A DNA stretch of 64,000 nt from assembly GCA_965207885.1 (NCBI GenBank), contig OZ242311.1, positions 32,001-96,000 on the forward strand, written 5' to 3'. Each line of letters begins with the position of its first letter. Within the stretch, counting starts at the first letter, position 1. The notes beneath the pieces are model-generated. The model saw nothing but the letters and a program-made list of their open reading frames with translations, was not told the origin of the DNA and searched no databases. The DNA is from Candidatus Latescibacterota bacterium. GTDB taxonomy: Bacteria; Latescibacterota; UBA2968. Below, piece by piece: positions 9,767-20,096 of this stretch. The position numbers and the translations under genes are program-made.

Positions 9767-9964
9767 TCATTCTTCGATTAAGTCATAAGAAGAATAATTT
9801 CGCTGACCGTTTTGAAAATCCTTCAGTGCCTTTCGGAGATGCATAGCGTTATTTGGCGAGGTGAGCAGGTAGTCCGTCTCGTCAGGCTCAAATTTGCTCT
9901 TAGGATCAAGTCGAACAGTAGAGCAATCGGGGGGTTTGTCTCTGTGAATCGTGTTTTCGTCCAT
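9767..9964 (-). CDS. YefM/Phd-like antitoxin (C-terminal-type), partner toxin missing or truncated
   Basis: ETDYLLTSPNNAMHLRKAL resembles the YefM C-terminus. Confidence 0.55.
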   Translation of the reverse strand: MDENTIHRDKPPDCSTVRLDPKSKFEPDETDYLLTSPNNAMHLRKALKDFQNGQRNYSSYDLIEE

Positions 9965-9965
9965 T

Positions 9966-11420
9966 TCAGCCCCCTTTGTTGTTCACCGTATTTATAATTA
10001 TTTTTTCAAAATTCTTAAAAAACGTATCACAGTGCTCTTTCATATCGTTGTTAAATTGGTGATGCTTGTCATTCTTGTCATTCTTGTCATTTGGTATTGG
10101 CAAAAATACCACATAAAAAGGAATTTCTTTGCCCTGCTGACGTAGAACATAGGGAGGAATCGGTCCACCTGATTTTCTCAACTGATCATCAAGCATTGGG
10201 TAAATAAATCCACATCCCTTAATAGGGCGATCATTTCCGTATTGCCCAATATAGGTATGCAACTGGAAAAGGTCCTCACGCTTTACGCCATATCGATGGT
10301 CGTATGTTTTGTATTTGACATCAAAAACATAAAAGCCACCATTACTTTCAAAAACTATATCTGGTTCAAGCCTGCGAGTGTAGTCTTCAAAGGAGCCTGT
10401 AGGAATCTCAGGTATTCTTTCGGACTTACTCAGTAACGGTATCCCACCTCTTATAAGTAGCTTTCGGATGAAATATTCAAACAGCATGGAGACATCAAAC
10501 AAGAAGGCACTGGTGTCTTTTTCTTCGCCAAAGCTCAATCCCCCACGTTGAATAACCCGCTTCGAAAGATCAATCAACACATTGTAATCGCTATAAAATG
10601 GATTAGAAAAAGGTCTCGTATTCAGAATTTCTTGTCTGGACCTTTTGAAACCCTGATTGGCAGCTACGAATGAATTGTAAATATTTCGAGACTCATAGCA
10701 AAAAGGATTGTCTTTAACCGTTTCGTAGGCTTCAATAAATAAAGAAACCGCTGGACTATTATAGCTGTGCTCTCTGTATGAACACAGATACTTGCCAGAT
10801 GTTTTGTTCTGAAAGAAATCAACCGGGTCTATATAGCCCCTTACCTTTGAGGTCCGTTCATCCCTGGTTATGTAGGCTTTGGGAAGTCCCAGCCGATAAG
10901 CGCGTTTGAATTTTATATTCCAGAGATACGCCAAAAGCCATTCATAATCATCAACATCGCTCTCGCCGCCAACATTTTTTAACTCAAGAAAACCATCTGC
11001 ATCCGCAATGATATACTGCAAAAAACGGTTTCCAAAACGCGAGCTTATTTTGAGTGCATAATCTCCTCTTTTTACAAAACCTATCAAATTGCCCGTGTCC
11101 AGGGTGAAATTCGTTGCGGTACCACTTACACTGATAAATCCATCATCTGTATTATGCTCATACTCTTCATTATTGAACAAAACGAGAGCATCTGATCGTT
11201 TATTTTTGTCTTGCAGGACCACTTCAATATCACGAGATATTGAAGTGATAAAATTCCAAATCTTGTCTTCATAATGTTCGGGCTTTGTCCGCCTACCAGG
11301 CCGCGCGTCAAATGTAATTCCTCCACCATCCAGCCGGTGATTTTGGACTTTTCGATCAGAAAATAGGTAATTTTGATTATCTACCAGATATCCATCTTTT
11401 ATGAAGTGGAATAAACGCAT
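9966..11420 (-). CDS. mcrC: McrC-family restriction endonuclease subunit
   Basis: LFEYFI, LEPDIVF..VFDVKYK PD-(D/E)xK motif, REDLFQL; directly downstream of McrB. Confidence 0.85.
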   Translation of the reverse strand: MRLFHFIKDGYLVDNQNYLFSDRKVQNHRLDGGGITFDARPGRRTKPEHYEDKIWNFITSISRDIEVVLQDKNKRSDALVLFNNEEYEHNTDDGFISVSGTATNFTLDTGNLIGFVKRGDYALKISSRFGNRFLQYIIADADGFLELKNVGGESDVDDYEWLLAYLWNIKFKRAYRLGLPKAYITRDERTSKVRGYIDPVDFFQNKTSGKYLCSYREHSYNSPAVSLFIEAYETVKDNPFCYESRNIYNSFVAANQGFKRSRQEILNTRPFSNPFYSDYNVLIDLSKRVIQRGGLSFGEEKDTSAFLFDVSMLFEYFIRKLLIRGGIPLLSKSERIPEIPTGSFEDYTRRLEPDIVFESNGGFYVFDVKYKTYDHRYGVKREDLFQLHTYIGQYGNDRPIKGCGFIYPMLDDQLRKSGGPIPPYVLRQQGKEIPFYVVFLPIPNDKNDKNDKHHQFNNDMKEHCDTFFKNFEKIIINTVNNKGG

Positions 11421-11430
11421 CGTTTATATT

Positions 11431-13110
11431 TTACACTCCAAATGCTTTTCCAAAAGCCCCTATCAATTCTTCGCCGCGACCCGTCCCTCGCAAATACTCC
11501 TGTAACAAGGGGTGAATGTGATCATCCCAAATTTGTTTACGGACCTCAGAGATTGACAAACTGGACGGATATTTCAGATTCATCAAATAAGCGTGACCGA
11601 TTTGATAATCAGATCCAAGCAACGCTTCGCTCTTGATTTGCTTATTCAGATTTTCAAGATTATCGGCTAATTCAGTCCATTTTCTATGATGCTCATTGAG
11701 ATGGTATTTAAGATGGTCTTTAAGTAATGTATAATCTGGCATTATCTCTTCCCACCTGAACCTTCTACGGAGAGCCAGATCAAAGCTTTCAACGCTCCGG
11801 TCAATGGTATTCATAGTTCCAATCAGGTAAACATTGGATGGAATAAAAAATTTGTATCCCTGACTCTTATCACGAAACATGCCTGTCTTCGGGTCATTCA
11901 AGTTGGCATATTGAGTTTTGATACATCCTTCTTTAACACCGCGATATTCCAGGCAATACATCAATTCACCAAATACACGGGATAGATCTGCTCTGTTGAT
12001 TTCATCAATGATAAAAAAGAATGGCGGCACCGCATCAGCTACGCGTCTGTCAGCTACACATACACGTCTGGAGGAGTCCTGACGTTTAAAAATATGCTCC
12101 CAACGGGAGGCTGGAAGTTTGCGTTCATACTGCTTAAGCTCTCCGATAGTGATTTCCTCCCAATCCTTATCAAGCCCAAGTTTATAGACATCAATTTCCC
12201 ATTTACCCGCTTTTCGGCAGAACTCTTTGAATACGCCATTTTGTAGCGTGAGTTGAGCCTCACCATTATGATCTAAGATGGGACGTAACCCTTCCATAAA
12301 ATCCTCATAACCAAATGAGGGATGAAACTGAACGACCTCTCTTTGTGTGTCAATTGTATAGTCGTCATTTTCTGGTGCAAACTTCTCTTTCCAAATATTA
12401 AAATACGATTCTGTTTGCTGACGGGCTAAATATGTTTTTCCAGTACCCGGAGGACCGTATTTGACAACTTGTTTATTCTGTTTAAATGGATTGGATAAAT
12501 TCTCGTATAAGTCCCAAACGAACATACTCAAGTAGAAGTCATCTGTTTCCTCATCTCTGAGCTCATCTTGAAATTCTTCTTTTAATTTGCAAAGCAAAAA
12601 TTGATTTTTTGTAAACCAGCCCTGGTCTTGATCCTGATAGTCAGGGATTATTTCTTCTCTAATTAACCAATTGAAGACCTCATTAAATCTATCGATATCA
12701 ACAGTCGTGGATACCTCACGAGTGCATGCTGCTGCCACTCGATTCACCAAAACAGGGTTTCTCCCTTTCCCTTGTTTTTCCCATGCATCCTGGAATTTTT
12801 TAAACGATTCTTGAGTTGGAGAAACGATAAACTCACTGAGAGTTGATAAGAAATCTTCATTTCTTATAAATGCCTGGAAATTGTCTTTGCTCAAGATAGA
12901 TTGACCATTGTTAGCAATATCATTATTTGGCTTTCGCAATAATCTATCAAGAAATTCTTGGTCGTTTTCATTCAGTTCTTGACCGTTTTGAATACGCCGT
13001 CGCATTTCTCCTACTTCATCACAAAATTCCTTATAGGAATCATGCCACCCTCGCACTATGTGTTTACGGTTATCAACAAGATCTTTATAAAGATTCTTAA
13101 GCCTGCTCAT
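11431..13110 (-). CDS. mcrB: McrB-family AAA+ GTPase
   Basis: GPPGTGKT, VQFHPSFGYEDF, IIDEINRA, GTMNTIDRS, ALRRRF, IGHAY. Confidence 0.92.
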   Translation of the reverse strand: MSRLKNLYKDLVDNRKHIVRGWHDSYKEFCDEVGEMRRRIQNGQELNENDQEFLDRLLRKPNNDIANNGQSILSKDNFQAFIRNEDFLSTLSEFIVSPTQESFKKFQDAWEKQGKGRNPVLVNRVAAACTREVSTTVDIDRFNEVFNWLIREEIIPDYQDQDQGWFTKNQFLLCKLKEEFQDELRDEETDDFYLSMFVWDLYENLSNPFKQNKQVVKYGPPGTGKTYLARQQTESYFNIWKEKFAPENDDYTIDTQREVVQFHPSFGYEDFMEGLRPILDHNGEAQLTLQNGVFKEFCRKAGKWEIDVYKLGLDKDWEEITIGELKQYERKLPASRWEHIFKRQDSSRRVCVADRRVADAVPPFFFIIDEINRADLSRVFGELMYCLEYRGVKEGCIKTQYANLNDPKTGMFRDKSQGYKFFIPSNVYLIGTMNTIDRSVESFDLALRRRFRWEEIMPDYTLLKDHLKYHLNEHHRKWTELADNLENLNKQIKSEALLGSDYQIGHAYLMNLKYPSSLSISEVRKQIWDDHIHPLLQEYLRGTGRGEELIGAFGKAFGV

Positions 13111-13142
13111 TTTTGTTCTTCTCAGCTATATTTAGAGATTCT

Positions 13143-14261
13143 CTACCCCAACCATCGCTTTCGGGGAAACCGCGCATATACGTACTGACTGTCGTACGTA
13201 TTGTCCTCCGCATAGGACGAACGCCCACCCAGCAACTCGCACGCATATCTCTCGATCTCTTCATCCACCAGATCAACACCCAAGCCTGGACCCTCGGGAA
13301 TCGCGATATAACTATCGACCACCTCGGGTTGCGGAGCCATCACCTCATACCGCGCCTGAACATCGCCCGTTCGGTGCTCCCAGATCAAGAAATTTGGCAG
13401 CGTCGCACACAAATGGATAGACGCGATCTCCCCCACCGGACCCAGCGACCCATCGTGCGGCGCAAACTGGATATAGTGTGCCTCGGCCATACCCGCGAGC
13501 TTCTTCATCTGAGCCAGACCCCCGAACCGCCCAGCATCCGGCTGAATAACATCCACAATCTCGCGCTCAATAAGCTCCCGAGCACCGAAGACATAGGCGA
13601 CTCGTTCCCCGGCAGCAAGGGGGATATTGATCGCTTCGGACACGCGCGCAAGCGCCTCCACATTCTCGGGCGCGACCGGTTCCTCGTAAAAAAACACCCC
13701 GAACTCTTCAAGTCTGCGACCCATAGAAATCGCATCGCGCGTCGTCATCCACGGCATACCGTGCAAATCGACCATAATATCGATATCGTCCCCTACCTCA
13801 TTGCGTATCGCCGTAATATCGCGGATACAGTGCTCAATCCCCCCCATCTTGAGACCGGTAAAGCCCTGATCCACGAGTTCCCTGGCGCAATCGGCCGTAT
13901 TCGCGTGCGTGTACACCCGCAACCGCTCGCGCATCCGACCGCCCAGCAATTGCCAGACCGGCATATTAAACGCCTTCCCCTTAATATCCCACAGCGCCGT
14001 CTCAATCGCCGAAATCGCACCCGCACCCACAATGCCCGACATCCCGTGGGTTTGCAAAAACATCTTGCTCCACAACCGCTCGATATTAAAGGGATCCTCA
14101 CCAATAATCAAGCTCGCCTTGTGGTGAATCTCCGTCTGAATACTCGGCCATGCAGTCGCCTCTCCCACACCATAGATTCCCTCATCCGTAAAAACCCTGC
14201 AAAACAAAAAATTTCTGCCATCCTGCCCAGCAGTATAGGTCTTAACATCCGTAATCTTCAT
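13143..14261 (-). CDS. Mandelate racemase family (galactonate-dehydratase-like)
   Basis: TDEGIYGVGEA, ALWDIKGK, VDLHG, EEP, GER, QPD. Confidence 0.88.
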   Translation of the reverse strand: MKITDVKTYTAGQDGRNFLFCRVFTDEGIYGVGEATAWPSIQTEIHHKASLIIGEDPFNIERLWSKMFLQTHGMSGIVGAGAISAIETALWDIKGKAFNMPVWQLLGGRMRERLRVYTHANTADCARELVDQGFTGLKMGGIEHCIRDITAIRNEVGDDIDIMVDLHGMPWMTTRDAISMGRRLEEFGVFFYEEPVAPENVEALARVSEAINIPLAAGERVAYVFGARELIEREIVDVIQPDAGRFGGLAQMKKLAGMAEAHYIQFAPHDGSLGPVGEIASIHLCATLPNFLIWEHRTGDVQARYEVMAPQPEVVDSYIAIPEGPGLGVDLVDEEIERYACELLGGRSSYAEDNTYDSQYVYARFPRKRWLG

Positions 14262-14276
14262 TCTCTCACCCCGCGA

Positions 14277-16391
14277 TCATGGATCGCAATGAATCTCGTG
14301 CCCCTCTCCGGGAAACCAGAAAACATCGACAAAAACACCCAGAAAAACACCTGCGATATAGCCCATAATCATACCCAGGAAAAAGGGCGCATAGCGCCGA
14401 TAGCGCTCCAAACCGCCCAACTTCATAATAATCGTCTTCACACCCCACATCAGGAAAATACTAAAAGAATTATCCTGCATCTCGACCATGCCACAGATCG
14501 TAAAACCAATGGGATGGATTGGAAAACCCGGGAAGCGATACCGCAGAAAGTAGAGCGTACCTGTAAAAATGCCGCCAATACCCATAAACAAAAAGCGATT
14601 CCAGTCCGTAAACAGCACATCGCCCTGAATTCGGGACACAGCCAGACGGCTAAAACCCGCCCCATTGAGAGATCCAATCCCCTTAAAAGTCGTCCGGCCA
14701 AAATTGGCACTGCCAATACCGTAATACCCCTGGTATATGACGAATATGATAACCACCGCCGCACCGAGCAAACAGCCGATGAGCACAGTCGGCGCCACGG
14801 CTTTGCGGCTGCGCTTTGCCATCGCCATGCTCAACCGCGGAACATGCGCCATCTGCGTCGTCGCAAACGTCTTCCCATCCGCCACGAGACTCATCGTAAG
14901 CGTCAAAATAGAAGCGCCAGCAGGCCCCATATTCCCAACACCGACGGCATGCCATGTAAACCCCGGCGCCGTGAGAGGCACCCGAAGATAGACCAGACCG
15001 CTCTCCACCACAATGCGGGACATCCCCACAAACAAAACGAGCATCGCAAATGACCATGCGAGAATCGTCTCCGCTCCCATACCCGCGCGCCAAAGCCAGA
15101 GAAAAACAAAACCGCAACACGCCAGCAAAAGCCAGACAGCCGTGCGATAGGACATAATCTCTTCGGAATCATCTACACTTTCATCGCGCAAAAACGCCTT
15201 GCGAAAAATATCTCGAAAATGAGACCGCGCAATCCAGAACCCCCAGCCGACAAAAACGGCCATCCCCCCAAATGTCATCCAGCCAATCGCCGGATGGCTC
15301 GAACTCCACGGATCGTTCGGACCCAAATCCAGGCCAAAGCGGTTGAACAGCCCCACCACACAGATCTGAACCACATGGAAAAACCACAGGCTAAAAAGCA
15401 CCTCCAGCTTGGTAAAATACCCCAGACAAAACGTGAGCAACACAAACGTGGTCACAATACTCGGAAAGCCCGGCGCAACCGAAATCACATTCCGCCCATA
15501 TCGCCCTGCCAAAAACGGAAACATCGGCAAATTGACCGTGAACCACGTAAACACATTCCACGCAATAATGGCAAACGTAAGGCCAAACCCCCATTGAAAC
15601 AGGCGATTGCGCACAAGCGTCCTCAGCGTACCCGTCGTACCCGAAACACCCGTGAGTTCCAGCAGCGCGGTGGCGACCGGAAAAGACAGCCGCTCGTATT
15701 CCATCCACTGTTTCCGCAGCAAAACGCTCAGACACAGGTGAATCGCCAAAATACTCGCAATCAGCGCACCCCACCAGAAAAGCACCGAAAACCACTCGCC
15801 CCACGGAAACGCTGCACCGGGCACTTGCCCCTCGTAAAATCCGCGCACCGCATCGCGGTCGGTAATCGTCGTCCAACTCGGCATGTACGGCAAGAGAAGC
15901 TCATCGAACCGGTTTTCTGGCGACGCGTAATACGCCGGCATCGTCAGCATCTGTAAAAACCACACCGTGAGCCACTCGCCCTGCATAGTAGATGCGACAA
16001 AACCGATACAGCAAACCGTGAGCAATTCCGTCGGAGAAAACCCGATACCGCGCCGCTCGAGAAAAGCGTTCAGAATCAGAAGCCCCACGAAAGGGATGAG
16101 CATCGCCATCGAAAGATGCGAATGATCAGCCCGCGTTGAATTCACCACAAAACTGGTATAGGTCGGCCACAGGGGCATAAGCATGGCCATACCCAGCCCA
16201 ATCAGGAGGGATCGTTTGGTAATAACGGAAGAGCCTTCAGTGGTTTCTGATTTGGGAAGGCGCGGTTTTGGAGATGCGGACATAGAATTTGGGATTGATG
16301 GTGGACTGAATAAGGGAATTGCTGGGGACGGCACAGGAGCCTGTCCCGTAGTGACTCTATACGGGAACCGTCCCCTACGATTACTCTTCAT
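14277..16391 (-). CDS. Multi-pass membrane protein, DUF6785/DUF6784-like putative transporter; start uncertain
   Basis: Many TM helices; RKQWMEYERLSFP and FPIHPIGF motifs. Confidence 0.65.
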   Translation of the reverse strand: MKSNRRGRFPYRVTTGQAPVPSPAIPLFSPPSIPNSMSASPKPRLPKSETTEGSSVITKRSLLIGLGMAMLMPLWPTYTSFVVNSTRADHSHLSMAMLIPFVGLLILNAFLERRGIGFSPTELLTVCCIGFVASTMQGEWLTVWFLQMLTMPAYYASPENRFDELLLPYMPSWTTITDRDAVRGFYEGQVPGAAFPWGEWFSVLFWWGALIASILAIHLCLSVLLRKQWMEYERLSFPVATALLELTGVSGTTGTLRTLVRNRLFQWGFGLTFAIIAWNVFTWFTVNLPMFPFLAGRYGRNVISVAPGFPSIVTTFVLLTFCLGYFTKLEVLFSLWFFHVVQICVVGLFNRFGLDLGPNDPWSSSHPAIGWMTFGGMAVFVGWGFWIARSHFRDIFRKAFLRDESVDDSEEIMSYRTAVWLLLACCGFVFLWLWRAGMGAETILAWSFAMLVLFVGMSRIVVESGLVYLRVPLTAPGFTWHAVGVGNMGPAGASILTLTMSLVADGKTFATTQMAHVPRLSMAMAKRSRKAVAPTVLIGCLLGAAVVIIFVIYQGYYGIGSANFGRTTFKGIGSLNGAGFSRLAVSRIQGDVLFTDWNRFLFMGIGGIFTGTLYFLRYRFPGFPIHPIGFTICGMVEMQDNSFSIFLMWGVKTIIMKLGGLERYRRYAPFFLGMIMGYIAGVFLGVFVDVFWFPGEGHEIHCDP

Positions 16392-17364
16392 TAACCGCTT
16401 GCATCAGCGCGTGGATGTATCCATACGTGTACGCAAAACCGACCTGCCTCGATTCGGGACCGGAAATACCCGGAACGTGATCGGGCATAATCATATATTC
16501 ATAGCCGACTTCTTTGAACGTCCGCAAAGCCTTCAGCATATCCACATCGCCCTCATCGGGGAACACCTCGACAAAATTGCCAAGCCCGCCCTTGATATTG
16601 CGGAAATGCACATTGAAAATCTTCTTGCGCTCTCCAAAATAACGGATCACATCATAGGCGTCCGCACTGGGATCTTCCAGGCTCTCGGACATACAGCCCA
16701 GGCAAAAATTCAATCCATTATACGGACTATCGTACAAATCGATAAACTTCTTAAAACCATCCACCATACCGAGCACGCGCGCGACCCCGCGATACGTCGT
16801 CCCATATCCGATACCCGGATCCGAGGGATGACACGCCATCTGAATCTTGTACTCCTCCGCCACGGGCATAATATTCTGAAGCCAGTGATCGATGCGCGCC
16901 CACATCTCGTCTTCATCCGCAGCACCGCCTTCAAACTCGCCCAGAGACTGATCCAACTTGTCGTACTCAAACGACGACAGCCTCGCGCCCCCGCGTCCGT
17001 ATCGCGGCTCTGTCCGCATATGCCCCAAAATCGTGATATTGTAATTAAGCCCGCGCAACCCTGCCTCCGCCGCCATTCTAACCGTCTCGCACATCCGCTC
17101 AATAGCCCGGTCACGCTCGTCGCTTGGACCCAGGAAAATCGCGCCAGCTTCGTTTTGGAAAGCATTGCTTGAACCCAGCGGAATGTGAATCATCTCCAAA
17201 TTAATGCCGTATTTATCATACCGATCGCGCATGGACTTAATCGCATCGGCACTCCACTCCGCCCAGGGTCCCTCTGGTGTTTGATCGACATTAAAAACCC
17301 CGAGTTGCGCGAGAATCTCGATATCCGTGTCGTTCCGACAAGCCACCTGCGTTCCGATATACAT
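16381..17364 (-). CDS. uxuA: Mannonate dehydratase family protein
   Basis: MACHPSDP, GLNFCLGC, HFRN, FPDEGDVDM, PDHVP. Confidence 0.8.
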   Translation of the reverse strand: MYIGTQVACRNDTDIEILAQLGVFNVDQTPEGPWAEWSADAIKSMRDRYDKYGINLEMIHIPLGSSNAFQNEAGAIFLGPSDERDRAIERMCETVRMAAEAGLRGLNYNITILGHMRTEPRYGRGGARLSSFEYDKLDQSLGEFEGGAADEDEMWARIDHWLQNIMPVAEEYKIQMACHPSDPGIGYGTTYRGVARVLGMVDGFKKFIDLYDSPYNGLNFCLGCMSESLEDPSADAYDVIRYFGERKKIFNVHFRNIKGGLGNFVEVFPDEGDVDMLKALRTFKEVGYEYMIMPDHVPGISGPESRQVGFAYTYGYIHALMQAVNEE

Positions 17365-17472
17365 GGTAACCTCCAATTTGTGAAGTTAGAACTGCGATAG
17401 TGCCAAAATACGTTCCGATCCTCTCAATGTCAATGTGTATGATTCGGCTTTTTATTTAAAAAGCTCTGTGAC

Positions 17473-17515
17473 AAAAAAAGCCCCGGAGCAATAAGCTATA
17501 GGGCTTTTATTTTTT
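17473..17515. terminator. Intrinsic terminator candidate
   Basis: AAAAAAAGCCC...GGGCTTTTATTTTTT. Confidence 0.5.
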
Positions 17516-17543
17516 GTAACGATCAGCGGCCAGCTAAAAATTT

Positions 17544-17578
17544 CCAGGCTCGCGGCTCAAAATCCTGCCGCGATGACA
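17544..17578. repeat. REP-like hairpin, copy 1
   Basis: GGCTCGCGGCTCAAAATCCTGCCGCGATGAC; similar to 22104-22138. Confidence 0.55.
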
Positions 17579-17618
17579 ATCTGCCTCTTCACACTTCTTA
17601 CTTCCCACTTCACACTTC

Positions 17619-18620
17619 TCAATCCCAGGGCAGCGGAACCCCCAGACGCGCGCTAACCTCGCGTGCGTTTTCCTGTTCCATCTCGCCATAGCGAATACCC
17701 TCGGCGCGATGGAGTGCCATGCGCTCTTCTTCAATTGCACCTGGCAGCAACGCGCGGTCCTGTCCCGGCATCGGCTCGTACGTCTCGCGCACCGTTCTCA
17801 CCATGTGATCTGACTCAGCCCGGAAAACCTCCTCGGAAACCGCCTGATCAACGCGGATCGCAAGAACACAACCACCCGCACCTGACGAGGGCCATTTCTC
17901 CTTCATCTCATGAGAAGACGGAAGACCGGTCCCCGCCAACCCCCCCCCCATAATCGAAGCCACCGCCGTGTACCCAATACTCTTAAAAAACGCCGCTGGA
18001 ATCATCTCGAACAAAGCCTCAAACTCCGGACCCCGCTGGTAATCCGCCAAAATACAGGTCGCCGCATCCAGAACAATCGGAGGCTCGTCCCCAGAGGGAA
18101 TCGCAAAACATATTGGAGGATTGCCAAAATAGCCGAGAAGCGGTCCCCTGCCATCCCTCTTTGCATTTCCCTGCTGCCTGCCCTGCACGCAAAAACCAAT
18201 ACACCCCGCCTCGGAACACATCCGCGCATAATGACCCGCCGAACCAATATGTCCCACATGCCGCGCCAGCCCCATACCCATACCCACCTCTCTCGCTTTG
18301 CGAATCGCGTGCTCTGCCGCACGCACCATCGGGAGATACCCCACCGTACCATCCCCATCAATAACAGCACACGTCGGCGTCTCACCGATCACCCGCACAT
18401 TGGGACGCGGATTGAGACTCCCATTTTCAAAACTCTTGCAATAGCCATTCACAGTCCGCGTACCGTGGCTGCGAACACCTCGCAGATCGCTATTGACCAG
18501 CAGGCGACTGATAACCCGCGCGTGCTCGATCTCAAGCCCCGCCTTCTCAAAACAAGCCGCAGCAAAATCCAGAAGGCGATCTTCATAGACGTGAACAAAA
18601 GATTCAGGAGGTTGATTCAT
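17619..18620 (-). CDS. Ldh_2 family (malate/L-lactate dehydrogenase-like) oxidoreductase
   Basis: DLRGVRSHG, HVGHIGSAG, GNPPICFAIP, LDAAT. Confidence 0.85.
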   Translation of the reverse strand: MNQPPESFVHVYEDRLLDFAAACFEKAGLEIEHARVISRLLVNSDLRGVRSHGTRTVNGYCKSFENGSLNPRPNVRVIGETPTCAVIDGDGTVGYLPMVRAAEHAIRKAREVGMGMGLARHVGHIGSAGHYARMCSEAGCIGFCVQGRQQGNAKRDGRGPLLGYFGNPPICFAIPSGDEPPIVLDAATCILADYQRGPEFEALFEMIPAAFFKSIGYTAVASIMGGGLAGTGLPSSHEMKEKWPSSGAGGCVLAIRVDQAVSEEVFRAESDHMVRTVRETYEPMPGQDRALLPGAIEEERMALHRAEGIRYGEMEQENAREVSARLGVPLPWD

Positions 18621-18686
18621 AGGAAAAATCCAAACGTAAAAGGTAAAAAATAAAGAATATTATCTCTCTTAATAATATCTATGTAT

Positions 18687-18947
18687 TTAGCGTTGATATA
18701 CGTCGCGCCGATGAGCGATACGATTGATGATAACGCGTTGATTTGCATCGTCAATTTCATAAAGAATGCGATAGTCTCCTACGCGAATACGCCACGAATT
18801 TGGGCGACCAACCAGTTTTTCTACACCTGAAGGACGTGGCTCAGATTCCAGTTGAAGAAGATGTCGGTTAATGCGTTGACGAATATGGCCCTGCAGCCTA
18901 CGGCGTTCTCGTTCTGCCGATGAACGCATGTGAACAGCGTAAGCCAT
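18687..18947 (-). CDS. RelE/ParE-family toxin
   Basis: PRPSGVEKL, WRIRVGDYRILYEI, HRRDVY. Confidence 0.9.
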   Translation of the reverse strand: MAYAVHMRSSAERERRRLQGHIRQRINRHLLQLESEPRPSGVEKLVGRPNSWRIRVGDYRILYEIDDANQRVIINRIAHRRDVYQR

Positions 18948-18949
18948 TG

Positions 18950-19204
18950 CTATGGTACTTCTCCCGTTTCACGGAGCAAATCGCGCAAAGGCCGCGTTTC
19001 GCTATTCTCCTCATTCGCCTCATCCATTAACATGGCGTCAACAGCATCCTGTAGATGGGGAGGAAGCGTCTCCCAGTCTGTTTCCTGAGCGACCTTTTGA
19101 ATTAAAGTCTTGAAATCGTCATATCCAAGTATCACCTCAATGACCTCGCCCGAGTCATCATATACCCATTTTGGAGAACGTGGTTTTTCGAGAATGCGTG
19201 TCAT
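18950..19204 (-). CDS. Putative antitoxin
   Basis: Small acidic ORF immediately upstream of the RelE toxin. Confidence 0.65.
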   Translation of the reverse strand: MTRILEKPRSPKWVYDDSGEVIEVILGYDDFKTLIQKVAQETDWETLPPHLQDAVDAMLMDEANEENSETRPLRDLLRETGEVP

Positions 19205-19251
19205 ATTATCCTCAATCTACTTTGCTATCGTCTATTTTCCCGCCCCTCATC

Positions 19252-20085
19252 TCATGACCACAAATAAACCTCTGGGTCATCCTCAGACATGCCGATAAAC
19301 GACGCCAGCACCACGCGGGGCTGAGAGCCTGCGACAAAAGGAACTTCGTGAATCGTCTCCGAATAAAAAAAGTAAAGATCACCCGGTTCCAGACTGACCT
19401 GCACGCGCGCAATCCCCTCCTCCTCTGCGTACTCGCGAAACCGCCTCTCCTCGAGAGGGCGTTGAAACTCAGGCGACATAGGTGCCCTGTACAGGACCCC
19501 CTCGCCGCTATCACCTCGATCCTCGCTATTCTGAAAACACAGCACACCCGCAAACTGATGTCTGAACCGGGAAACCGTAAAATTGTAGCGCTTGGAACGC
19601 TTGGACACGGAATCGTAATGCGGGTAATGCCCCACGCCCTCGTGATAAGTTCTAAAAATAGAGGGACCGTAAAGACGACCGTCAACGCTCCGAGCCGTCA
19701 TAACCCGCTTATCCGGAAGCATCCTGGCAAGCGCATCGTACAGCGTCTTCACGGGATCCTCATACCCGTCAAACAAATACGAAAAAAGATCATGCGTCTG
19801 ACGAGAATGTTCGTAAAAAGCATCTGGATCATTCCCGTGGTGACCCAGACTCGTACCGATATCGACCCGCCGAGGACTACCATCACCCACCTTGCGCGGA
19901 TCGTAGAGCAAACCGCGCTCGTAAAACCGCTCAATAAGCGCCGCACAGTGATCCGACGGAAACGCGCGGCGCACGATAACAGCGGGAATATCGCTCGCCA
20001 TCATCGCATCGAACGGCCGCGGAACCTGCGCGAGAATCTCATCAACCGTACCCTCAACAGGGGACCAGACCACTGTTTGAGACAT
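19252..20085 (-). CDS. 2OG-Fe(II) oxygenase-like protein
   Basis: HYD...PGDLYFF..HEV...R facial-triad pattern. Confidence 0.65.
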   Translation of the reverse strand: MSQTVVWSPVEGTVDEILAQVPRPFDAMMASDIPAVIVRRAFPSDHCAALIERFYERGLLYDPRKVGDGSPRRVDIGTSLGHHGNDPDAFYEHSRQTHDLFSYLFDGYEDPVKTLYDALARMLPDKRVMTARSVDGRLYGPSIFRTYHEGVGHYPHYDSVSKRSKRYNFTVSRFRHQFAGVLCFQNSEDRGDSGEGVLYRAPMSPEFQRPLEERRFREYAEEEGIARVQVSLEPGDLYFFYSETIHEVPFVAGSQPRVVLASFIGMSEDDPEVYLWS

Positions 20086-20096
20086 CGCAATTTCTC

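Noticed and set aside
13113-15053. 646-aa plus-strand ORF
   Set aside because: Antisense shadow of two well-supported minus-strand genes; no motifs.
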